Shown here: piece by piece, positions 18,387 to 25,754 of the stretch | Layout of the letters: the number at the start of each line of letters is the position of its first letter | Numbering within the stretch: position 1 is the first letter of the stretch | Origin: Candidatus Hadarchaeota archaeon | GTDB taxonomy: Archaea; Hadarchaeota; Hadarchaeia; Hadarchaeales; Hadarchaeaceae | Reading direction: 5' to 3' | Assembly: GCA_964514965.1 (NCBI GenBank) | Contig: CAZETV010000001.1 | Location: forward strand, 998,739-1,030,738 | DNA: 32,000 bases | The notes under the pieces: generated by a model | The model's input: only the letters and a program-made list of their open reading frames with translations | Told to the model about the DNA's origin: nothing | The model's database searches: none | Made by a program: the position numbers and the translations under genes

Positions 18387-18926
18387 CTAAGTCACCTCGA
18401 TATCGGAAATTACAATGTACCTCAGACCATCCTTGTACTCGTACGTGAAAGTTGTTATATGGAGACCAGAGTCATCCTTGAAGTTTTCATCCCCAACCAC
18501 CACACGGTTTTCGTTATTCTCGCTCGGCAGAATGGTATCTAGCAGTATGATGGCCTCACGTTTGTTGTCCCACTCGCCGTTTCCGTCTAGATCAAGCCAG
18601 ATTTGGACATCCATTCGGTTGTCGGGGGCTACATCGTTATCGGTGGTTTCTATCCCATCGACGTTCACATTCGCGTATATTTTTACTACCCCTTCCGGCA
18701 GCCGATACTCAACCGTCTGTTTTGAACCAACGCCTGCGGCATAAACAGTGTTGAGGGCATTTGTTATCTCGCCCGCAGCCTCGCGTGCATCCGCAAGTTT
18801 CGAGACTTTCTCAGCTTCGACGCGCGCCTGATTGTACATCGGCATTGTGGTCGCAGCGAGGATTATAAGCAATCCCGAAATCACGACGATAAACTCGATG
18901 CTGAGTTGGCCCCTCACTTTGACCAC
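18387..18926 (-). CDS. Pilin-like protein
   Basis: MVKVRGQLSIEFIVVISGLLIILAATTMPMYNQARVEAEK N-terminus. Confidence 0.75.
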   Translation of the reverse strand: MVKVRGQLSIEFIVVISGLLIILAATTMPMYNQARVEAEKVSKLADAREAAGEITNALNTVYAAGVGSKQTVEYRLPEGVVKIYANVNVDGIETTDNDVAPDNRMDVQIWLDLDGNGEWDNKREAIILLDTILPSENNENRVVVGDENFKDDSGLHITTFTYEYKDGLRYIVISDIEVT

Positions 18927-19061
18927 GTTGAAAATTTTGCCGCGCCAGTATTAACTTTTCTCTTGACGTTATTCAAAAAGCAACCAAATCAGCTAGTTTT
19001 GCTAGTTTGACCTGAAAAAACAGCAGATTTTAAGTTACTTAAACAATGGATATCTGGTGCC

Positions 19062-19793
19062 ATGGCGCGGATTATAATATTATCATCCGGTAAAGGCGGA
19101 ACTGGGAAGACCACGGTGACCGCAAACTTAGGTATTGCGCTCGCAAAACGCGGTAAAAAGGTCATCGCCTTGGACGCCGATGTGACCATGGCGAACTTGG
19201 GGCTGATGCTCAGTCTTGAAGGGAAGAAAATAACATTGCATGAGGTGCTCTCGGGTAAGAAAAATGCTAAACAAGCGGTTTACAATGGTCCCGCTGGCCT
19301 GAAAGTCGTGCCATGTGGGATGTCACTGGAAGGGGTTCAAAAAGTCAAACTCGGTAGGTTAAAAAAGGTGGTGCTGGAACTCGCCGATAATGTAGATTTC
19401 TTGCTCGTCGATAGTTCATCTGGGATGGGGCATGATTCGATAACCGCGCTGGCCGTTGCTCAAGAGGCCATCCTCGTGGTAACCCCAAATTTTGCCTCTA
19501 TTCTAGAAGCCATGAAGATAAAACGTGTTGTTGAACGTCTTCACACAAAAGCACCTGGGATAATAATTAACCGTGCAAGTAGGGAACGAACAGATCTTTC
19601 TCAAAGGGAAATAGAGTCCATTTTGGAGTTGCCCGTGATCGGGGTTATTCCTGAAGATATCGAAGTCAAGCGTGCAGTAGCTCTCGGTGAAGCTGTGGTT
19701 TTACGTTCGCCGAAAGCACCGGCCGCAAAAGCGTTTAAAAAATTGGTCGAAACACTTCTCAAATCAAAGGGCAAAAATGACACAAGTAGCTAA
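19062..19793 (+). CDS. minD: MinD/ParA-family ATPase with canonical deviant Walker A
   Basis: IIILSSGKGGTGKTTVTANLGIALA, ALDADVTMANLGLML, LLVDSSSGMGHDS. Confidence 0.88.
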   Translation: MARIIILSSGKGGTGKTTVTANLGIALAKRGKKVIALDADVTMANLGLMLSLEGKKITLHEVLSGKKNAKQAVYNGPAGLKVVPCGMSLEGVQKVKLGRLKKVVLELADNVDFLLVDSSSGMGHDSITALAVAQEAILVVTPNFASILEAMKIKRVVERLHTKAPGIIINRASRERTDLSQREIESILELPVIGVIPEDIEVKRAVALGEAVVLRSPKAPAAKAFKKLVETLLKSKGKNDTSS

Positions 19794-19894
19794 CCAAAGC
19801 ATAAAACAAGTTATCAATCTTCGGGTTCCTAAAAAAAGTATTTTTTATTAAAACTACCCGATAAACTTTAAATTTAGGCTGACGACGATAAGTT

Positions 19895-20278
19895 ATGCCA
19901 AAGAAGGACGAACAGGGTAAAAAAGCCACGGTCATAAAGCGCGATTTGGAGATAACAGAGCGAGAACTCCGTCAAGTCACAGATTTTCAATGGATCTATG
20001 CAAAACGAATGTTGAGATTTGGCTTTGCATCATGGATTTTAGGATTGGTTTTGTTTTTCTTTATCTTGGTCATTCGTGGGTTAGAATTTTTGGGCCGATT
20101 ATCCTTGGCGTATCCTTTGTTGATAATTGCTATTGTGGTTCCAATTTTTATAACAGCCTTCTCCGTGCGCAAATTTAACGCAAAACTCAAGCGTTTGGAA
20201 CGCGTCCGAAAGCTGCTGCTGACAGATTATGAACGAGCAATTCTAAAGCGTGCTGATACCCTTATTAAGAAAAAGTGA
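19895..20278 (+). CDS. Small membrane protein (2 TM) with basic termini
   Basis: Two hydrophobic segments between charged N- and C-terminal regions. Confidence 0.5.
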   Translation: MPKKDEQGKKATVIKRDLEITERELRQVTDFQWIYAKRMLRFGFASWILGLVLFFFILVIRGLEFLGRLSLAYPLLIIAIVVPIFITAFSVRKFNAKLKRLERVRKLLLTDYERAILKRADTLIKKK

Positions 20279-21004
20279 TCATGAAGTTGATTTTTTAGTT
20301 CTCATTTCCACGAGTTTTCTGGCCAACGCCTTGATAGCCTTTGAAGCAAGTGAGTTTGGGGTTGCATCGACCGCGATTTTTCCTGAGTTGAAAGCTTTTT
20401 TGATGTTTATATCTTCGGGCACCTCCGCTAGCACTGGCAGGTTGAGTAGATGCCCAATTTCCGAGCTCGTGAGTTCAAATTCCTCTCGAAGTACACGGTT
20501 GACGACGACACCAATGGACTTTAAACCCAAAAAATCCGCAATCAAGCGGGTCTTCATCATGTCTGAAGCTGCCGCAATTTCGGGAAGAGTGATCAATAAC
20601 ACTTCCTGTCCCGCGCGGAGCGCTGCAATAGTTTCGCGCCGTAACCCGCTGGGCGCATCGATGAGCAGAAAATCTGCATTTATCGATAATTCTTTCAATA
20701 TCCCCGGTAAACGGTTGGGCAATGCTTTTTTTACTTGATTGAGCGTGACTCCCGCGGGTATTATTTTTAGACCAGAGGGCCCCTGATAGATGACATCATT
20801 CAATGGAATCTCGCCGGCGAGCACATCATTCAAGGTGTAAGGTACCTTCTCAAGCTTGAACATCGTACCGAGATTTGGGGTCGTCAAACTTGCATCCAAA
20901 ACTATGGCCTTTTTACCCATTTTGGCGATCGCGAGGCCAAGATTCGCAGTTAGAGTACTACGCCCTACGCCCCCCTTGCCGGATCCAAGCACGATTCGGC
21001 GCAC
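20279..21004 (-). CDS. MinD-like ATPase with Walker A Lys-to-Arg substitution (likely GTG start at 21004; the track ORF extends upstream to 21187)
   Basis: VRRIVLGSGKGGVGRSTLTANLGLAIA; VLDASLTTPNLGTMF; TATA-like TTTAAAA on the minus strand at about 21063-21070. Confidence 0.82.
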   Translation of the reverse strand: MRRIVLGSGKGGVGRSTLTANLGLAIAKMGKKAIVLDASLTTPNLGTMFKLEKVPYTLNDVLAGEIPLNDVIYQGPSGLKIIPAGVTLNQVKKALPNRLPGILKELSINADFLLIDAPSGLRRETIAALRAGQEVLLITLPEIAAASDMMKTRLIADFLGLKSIGVVVNRVLREEFELTSSEIGHLLNLPVLAEVPEDINIKKAFNSGKIAVDATPNSLASKAIKALARKLVEMRTKKSTS

Positions 21005-21152
21005 GTGATGCCCATAAGAAACATTAGCTCGCCCGATTAAGAATAATGCGGTAGGGCCAATTTTTAAATAAATCAATGCTATTTTTTTAGGAGATTGATT
21101 GATAAAAATAGGTGAAATTTGGATAAATTGGTCATTAAAAACGCATCTTTGT

Positions 21153-21161
21153 AGGATTTGA
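21153..21161 (+). repeat. Target-site duplication, left copy (AGGATTTGA)
   Basis: Identical 9-mer immediately outside both proposed element termini (second copy 25680-25688). Confidence 0.85.
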
Positions 21162-21190
21162 AGCTTTGTTGAATAAGTATTTCTCACCTC

Positions 21191-22411
21191 CTACTTTTGC
21201 AACACGGGGGCGACTTTTTCAACAACATTAATCCCCAGCTCAAAGGATTCCTGAATCAGAACGCAGACGTTATGGCACAACAATTTTAACAATACCTCGT
21301 TTAGCTGGGCGGTCTTCGTCTTGCTTCTCACCGAGTCGCCGAACTTTGCCTTAACCATGTGGAAAACCGTTTCAACATTCGACCGCTTGTGGTAGTGGGT
21401 TAAAAATTCCTCACGGTTGAATTGGAAGTAATGGAACATTTTGGCCCATATCATCGAACCCCTCGCTTTTCCCGTTGTGCCTTGCTTGAACGGGATAAAC
21501 GCCTCGCCTCCGAGTTTCCCGACCACCTCAAGGTTATCCCTCGCTAAGTAACCCATGTCGGCTGAAACCTCCTTTATCTGGAAGTTCTGCGCCGTGTCTT
21601 CTATCAATCCCTTGAACTGTGGCGAATCCGCACCCGTTGATTCGGTGAGCTTGACCGCCGTGACGATATTCGTTTTTGTTCCACAGGCGATATGCGCCTT
21701 TATCCACATTCGAGAATCGATGACCTTACCATATTTGAAACTGAACCATCGGTCAAATCTCGAAGTGCTGAAACCTGAGCTATCAACCGCAAAATCACTT
21801 TCGACCGAAGCAAGGGGTATGCTACTTTGCTTAATCAAATTCATCAGGATCGGCGTTAGTTCCTCTTTCTCCATGTATCTTGCTACCGTGCTGTAATGCA
21901 CAACCCCGTCTATGTATTTCTTCTCGTTTGCGGTTTTCATGAGGTTGGCGAACCTCCGCAGGGAAAAGGTCGAATAGACTTTCAAGGCACTCACGAAAAC
22001 CATGTCCGACATCGGCACGGTTGGCCTGCCGAAGACGTAGGGTTTGTTCTGTATGCCGCCGCAAAGGTCTGAAAGATAGCGCATGAAAAACTCTCCCTCA
22101 TGAGTTTGCGCCTTGTCGTATGCCGACCAATCCTGCGCATAAGTAACCTTGACCGCTTTCGTCACGGTCTTGTTACCTTCCGAATCAGTAACAATCTTGC
22201 AGTAATATTCAACGGCCCAGATGTGCTTGCATTTTGTATGTCGGGTTTGGCAGTCTGGGCAGTCACAAACGCTTTCTAATCCTCCTGTTTCTACGTGATA
22301 AACCCCGTGTCCCGTCTGGCTTGGGACAACCCACTTCATACCTTCCCTAATTATTCTTGAGGACTTGGCAATTGCCAAACCTCGTTGTTGTCGTTCGTCC
22401 ATCTTTACCAC
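21191..22411 (-). CDS. DDE transposase with N-terminal SWIM-type zinc finger
   Basis: SWIM-like CDCPDCQTRHTKCKHIWAVEYY; DDE-region FAVDSSGFST, ADMGYLARDN, HYHKRSNVETVFHMVKAKFGDSVRSKTKTAQLNEVLLKLLCHNV. Confidence 0.88.
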   Translation of the reverse strand: MVKMDERQQRGLAIAKSSRIIREGMKWVVPSQTGHGVYHVETGGLESVCDCPDCQTRHTKCKHIWAVEYYCKIVTDSEGNKTVTKAVKVTYAQDWSAYDKAQTHEGEFFMRYLSDLCGGIQNKPYVFGRPTVPMSDMVFVSALKVYSTFSLRRFANLMKTANEKKYIDGVVHYSTVARYMEKEELTPILMNLIKQSSIPLASVESDFAVDSSGFSTSRFDRWFSFKYGKVIDSRMWIKAHIACGTKTNIVTAVKLTESTGADSPQFKGLIEDTAQNFQIKEVSADMGYLARDNLEVVGKLGGEAFIPFKQGTTGKARGSMIWAKMFHYFQFNREEFLTHYHKRSNVETVFHMVKAKFGDSVRSKTKTAQLNEVLLKLLCHNVCVLIQESFELGINVVEKVAPVLQK

Positions 22412-22412
22412 C

Positions 22413-22468
22413 TATACGTATAATACGTATGGTATTAAGTATTTATACTTATCCATATAATACGTATT
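22413..22468. promoter_or_regulatory. Putative divergent operator/promoter between transposase and R-M cassette: three ATACGTAT palindromes
   Basis: ATACGTAT at 22414-22421, 22423-22430 and 22460-22467; extended direct repeat ATAATACGTAT at 22420-22430 and 22457-22467. Confidence 0.6.
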
Positions 22469-22470
22469 GT

Positions 22471-22638
22471 ATGTCAAGAACACAAAAACAAGAAAATAAA
22501 GCGATACCTAAGACAATTACGATTTTCCCCGAACATCAAAAATTCATAGACGACACTTCTTTGAACCTTTCTAAATTTGTTCAAAAAAAGATTGACGAAG
22601 AAATTGAAACAAGGAGGTCGGCAAATGCCAAAAAATAA
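22471..22638 (+). CDS. Small (55 aa) putative regulator, possibly ribbon-helix-helix-like
   Basis: MSRTQKQENKAIPKTITIFPEHQKFIDDTSLNLSKFVQKKIDEEIETRRSANAKK; the longer track ORF from 22357 starts inside the antisense transposase. Confidence 0.55.
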   Translation: MSRTQKQENKAIPKTITIFPEHQKFIDDTSLNLSKFVQKKIDEEIETRRSANAKK

Positions 22639-23083
22639 ATTCTGCAAACTGGAGAATCTCAGAAATGAAAGCGATGTCGAGCAGTTTTTGGTTTACCCTA
22701 TGCTCAACGATTTAGGTTATACTGCGGACTATATTGAAACTAAGGCATCGATAAAACAAGTCAATATTGGAAAAGAAAAAAGGAAACGTGCCTACCGGCC
22801 CGACTATGTCTGTTATTCGGACAAAAAACACCAACACCCCGTTCTAATAGTCGATGCAAAGAATCCCGACGAAGACCCTGAAGACGGAGTAATCGATGCT
22901 CAACTTTATGCTTCGGTGATTCGCAGATCACTGAGTAGACCGAAGCCAGACCAGTTTTGTATAGGAACCAACGGAAGAAAAACGATTATCAAACACTACG
23001 ACTCAAGCACAACTGAATACACACTTGATTTCGCTGAATTAGGTGAGGGAATTCCAGATACGAAGCTTTCAAAAATGACATGA
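22625..23083 (+). CDS. HsdR-N-like PD-(D/E)xK nuclease domain protein (restriction component)
   Basis: RPDYVCYSDKKHQHPVLIVDAKNP: PD...DAK catalytic-like motif; HSDR_N-like SDVEQFLVYPMLNDLGY; start chosen at MPKNKFC. Confidence 0.75.
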   Translation: MPKNKFCKLENLRNESDVEQFLVYPMLNDLGYTADYIETKASIKQVNIGKEKRKRAYRPDYVCYSDKKHQHPVLIVDAKNPDEDPEDGVIDAQLYASVIRRSLSRPKPDQFCIGTNGRKTIIKHYDSSTTEYTLDFAELGEGIPDTKLSKMT

Positions 23084-25281
23084 ATCGATTTTCCCGGACA
23101 AAATCCTCCGTGATGCAGTCGGAAATATTCGAATTCAAGAAACCAGATTTGACTGAAATAAAGGGAATCTTTGAAACATGCCATAACATCATTTGGCGGA
23201 AAGAGGTAACTAACCCTCAATCAGCTTTTTATGAGTTTTCGAAATTGATGTTTGTAAAAATAAAAGAGGACAAGAGACTAAGAATGGATGCGGACATGCG
23301 CAAACTAATCGACGAAGGTAGACCGCTACCAATAGATAGAATAAGGTACTGTGTTTCGTGGATTGAACTAAGCGAAGAATCCGAACCGAATCCTATAGAC
23401 ACAATTCTATTTCGCCAACTTCGAGAGGAAATAGAATTGGAGATTTTGCACAAAAGGAAAAAACGGATGTTTGGGAAGGATGAACGCATAGACCTCAAAC
23501 CAAGTACTGTTAAAGAAGTAGTCAGATTAATCGAACATTATGACCTCTACGGAATTGACGAAGACCTCAACGGTAGACTTTTCGAAACGTTTCTGAGTGC
23601 AACCATGAGGGGCAAAGAATTAGGTCAGTTTTTTACGCCGCGGTCAGTGGTTGACTTTATGACCTTGCTTGCAGACCCGTTTGTGGCAAAAGAAAAAATC
23701 GATAGCGTCATTGATGCTTGTTGCGGGACTGGTGGGTTTCTGATAGAAGCTATGGCACAAATGATTGCCAAAGTGCAAAACCCACCCTTATCAAGAACTT
23801 TAAGCTTGAAGGAAAGGCACGAAATAATGAAGAAAATCAGAGATCAACAACTTATGGGAATCGACTTAGGAAAAAGTCCGCCCGTAGCACGTATAGCAAG
23901 GATTAACATGTATTTGCATGGCGATGGTGGAAGTCGAATTTATTTTGCTGACGGATTGGACAAACAAGCAAGAATAGAAAAAACACTGGAACCAGAACTA
24001 AAAGCAGAGAGAGAAGAATTGCGGGAGTTATTCGTTGAAAAGAATACAAAATTCCAAATTGCTCTGACAAATCCTCCATTTGCAATGCGTTACAAAAAGG
24101 AAGATGCCGACCAAGGGCCAGTGCTTAAAGAATACTCATTAGCAAAAGATTGTAGTTCCCTAAAGTCCAGTGTGATGTTTCTTGAAAGATATAATGATTT
24201 GTTGGAGTCTGGAGGCAAGTTAGTAACAATAATGGACGAATCCATACTGAATACCGCTGGCGCAGAGCCAATTCGGCGTTGGTTACTCAATAATTATATT
24301 ATCAGGGCAGTAATTTCATTGCCAAGAAATACCTTTGTTAAAGCTGAGAGTATTGTGAAAACTTCGATTCTATATCTGGTCAAGAAACAAGACCCTGAAG
24401 AACCCCAAGATGAAATTTTCATGGCAATAAGTGAGAATGTAGGACACGCTGATTCTGGGCGTGAAACACCGGACCTTAGTGATTTGCCCGCAATATTACA
24501 AAAATTCAAGGAGTTTGAGCAAGGGAAGTTGATGGCTTCAAAAAAACCAATGTGCTTTGTTATTACTGGGGAAAACCTACAAACTGAAAATCGGACGCTT
24601 AGAATAGACACACAATTCTTTGACCCAAGATATCCAAAGACATTAAATATTCTAAAGAAACTCTCTGAAAGAAAGGGATGGAAATTAGAATCCTTGGAAT
24701 CTTTGCTAAGTAATTCCAAAACAAATCTGGCTGGCGGGGCCACACCCCGAGGCGCAAGATATGTGGAGAAGGGCATCCCTTTTATTAGAATTCAAAACGT
24801 GAGGCCCAACAAATTAGAATTAGATGATGTGAAATACATTATTAGGGCCTTTCACGACGGCGAACTCAAACGATCTCAACTGAAACAAAAAGACGTTCTT
24901 TTGACAATCACGGGGAGCTATGGAATCTCCGCGGTTGTTCCCGAAGACATGGGCGAAGCCAATATTAACCAGCATGTTGTAAAGCTCGAAGTAAATCGGG
25001 AAATAATAAATCCTGAATACCTTGCTTGTTTTCTCAATACCCAGATGTGTAAACGCCAATTTGACCGCTCCGTAACTGGCGGCACAAGACCAGCACTTGA
25101 CTATGACGCAATTAAGACCACAATGATTCTTTATCCTGTTGATAAAAACTCCCAAGACAAGATAGTCCATAAAGTCTTTGACATCCAGCGAAAAGCAGAA
25201 TCAATATTTCAAGAAGCAAAAGCAAAAATGAACGAAAGTAAAGGCGTCTTGTTGAAGTGGGATGACCCCTTCTTGTCATAA
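23080..25281 (+). CDS. N6-adenine DNA methyltransferase fused to a type I S-like target recognition domain
   Basis: Motif I VIDACCGTGGFLIEAM, motif IV ALTNPPFAM, C-terminal S-like GGATPRGARYVEKGIPFIRIQNV...LLTITGSYGISAVVPEDMGEANINQHVV. Confidence 0.9.
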   Translation: MNRFSRTKSSVMQSEIFEFKKPDLTEIKGIFETCHNIIWRKEVTNPQSAFYEFSKLMFVKIKEDKRLRMDADMRKLIDEGRPLPIDRIRYCVSWIELSEESEPNPIDTILFRQLREEIELEILHKRKKRMFGKDERIDLKPSTVKEVVRLIEHYDLYGIDEDLNGRLFETFLSATMRGKELGQFFTPRSVVDFMTLLADPFVAKEKIDSVIDACCGTGGFLIEAMAQMIAKVQNPPLSRTLSLKERHEIMKKIRDQQLMGIDLGKSPPVARIARINMYLHGDGGSRIYFADGLDKQARIEKTLEPELKAEREELRELFVEKNTKFQIALTNPPFAMRYKKEDADQGPVLKEYSLAKDCSSLKSSVMFLERYNDLLESGGKLVTIMDESILNTAGAEPIRRWLLNNYIIRAVISLPRNTFVKAESIVKTSILYLVKKQDPEEPQDEIFMAISENVGHADSGRETPDLSDLPAILQKFKEFEQGKLMASKKPMCFVITGENLQTENRTLRIDTQFFDPRYPKTLNILKKLSERKGWKLESLESLLSNSKTNLAGGATPRGARYVEKGIPFIRIQNVRPNKLELDDVKYIIRAFHDGELKRSQLKQKDVLLTITGSYGISAVVPEDMGEANINQHVVKLEVNREIINPEYLACFLNTQMCKRQFDRSVTGGTRPALDYDAIKTTMILYPVDKNSQDKIVHKVFDIQRKAESIFQEAKAKMNESKGVLLKWDDPFLS

Positions 25282-25313
25282 CTCCAAGAAACCCAATTTT
25301 AAATCCCAACTCC

Positions 25314-25367
25314 CTTTCTTTACACCCGCCCGACTTTCTTTACAGAAGGCACTTTCTTTACAAAGCC
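25314..25367 (+). repeat. Triplicated CTTTCTTTACA repeat; its last two units form a diverged element-terminus-like module
   Basis: CTTTCTTTACA at 25314-25324, 25334-25344, 25352-25362; CGACTTTCTTTACAGAAGGCACTTTCTTTACAAAGCCAG parallels CGACTTTTGCAACAGAAAACCGACTTTTGCAACAAAGCCAG at 25641-25681. Confidence 0.65.
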
Positions 25368-25426
25368 AGTGAATAGAAAAACTTTAAACTGAGCCATGAT
25401 AAAAAAACAGTTGAGGTGAAAACTAC

Positions 25427-25621
25427 ATGAGAAAAACTAAGTTGTTGAAGATTTACCAAGATAGAAAGTCAGGTGCCTTATTTGTTCGTTCTACCAAAGT
25501 CGATGAAAATGACGATTTTGTCCTTAAGTCTGCCAAAGATGGGAAAGCTTTAGGCCCAAAGAAGACAAGCAACGAAGAACTCGGCATGTGGATTCGTAAA
25601 ATTCTCGAAAAATGTGAGTAA
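25427..25621 (+). CDS. 64-aa ORF of unknown function within the mobile element
   Basis: MRKTKLLKIYQDRKSGALFVRS...; TATA-like CTTTAAACT about 40 bp upstream. Confidence 0.45.
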   Translation: MRKTKLLKIYQDRKSGALFVRSTKVDENDDFVLKSAKDGKALGPKKTSNEELGMWIRKILEKCE

Positions 25622-25679
25622 CCCTTTTCAAAGCTCACATCGACTTTTGCAACAGAAAACCGACTTTTGCAACAAAGCC

Positions 25680-25688
25680 AGGATTTGA
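25680..25688 (+). repeat. Target-site duplication, right copy (AGGATTTGA)
   Basis: Matches 21153-21161 exactly. Confidence 0.85.
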
Positions 25689-25754
25689 GGAAAATTTATA
25701 AACCAGGAAAAGAGAGGGTACGCTCATAAAGAGTCGTTTTAGCAGTCATGAGCA

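Larger units (their letters stand above)
21162..25679. mobile_element. 4518-bp transposon carrying a DDE transposase plus a restriction-modification cassette
   Basis: Left terminus AGCTTTGTTGAATAAGT (21162-21178) is an imperfect inverted repeat of right terminus ACTTTTGCAACAAAGCC (25663-25679); perfect 9-bp AGGATTTGA flanks on both sides; transposase inside. Confidence 0.8.

Noticed and set aside
21005-21187. N-terminal extension of the MinD-like ORF in the track
   Set aside because: The extra 61 residues are AT-rich-derived, run through the TATA-like box and up to the transposon boundary; P-loop proteins of this family start just before the VRRIVLGSGKGG segment.
23229-25309. Multiple antisense ORFs within the methyltransferase gene
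   Set aside because: Antisense shadows of a well-supported coding region.
25363-25371. Alternative right boundary of the transposon at the CTTTCTTTACAAAGCC module
   Set aside because: The sequence following it (AGTGAATAG) does not match the left flank, whereas the boundary at 25679 gives a perfect 9-bp duplication.
25722-25753. Small hairpin GCTCAT...ATGAGC after a TTTATAAA box as a C/D sRNA
   Set aside because: No convincing C (RUGAUGA) and D/D' (CUGA) box set; it overlaps the nrdG stop region and could be a simple terminator stem.
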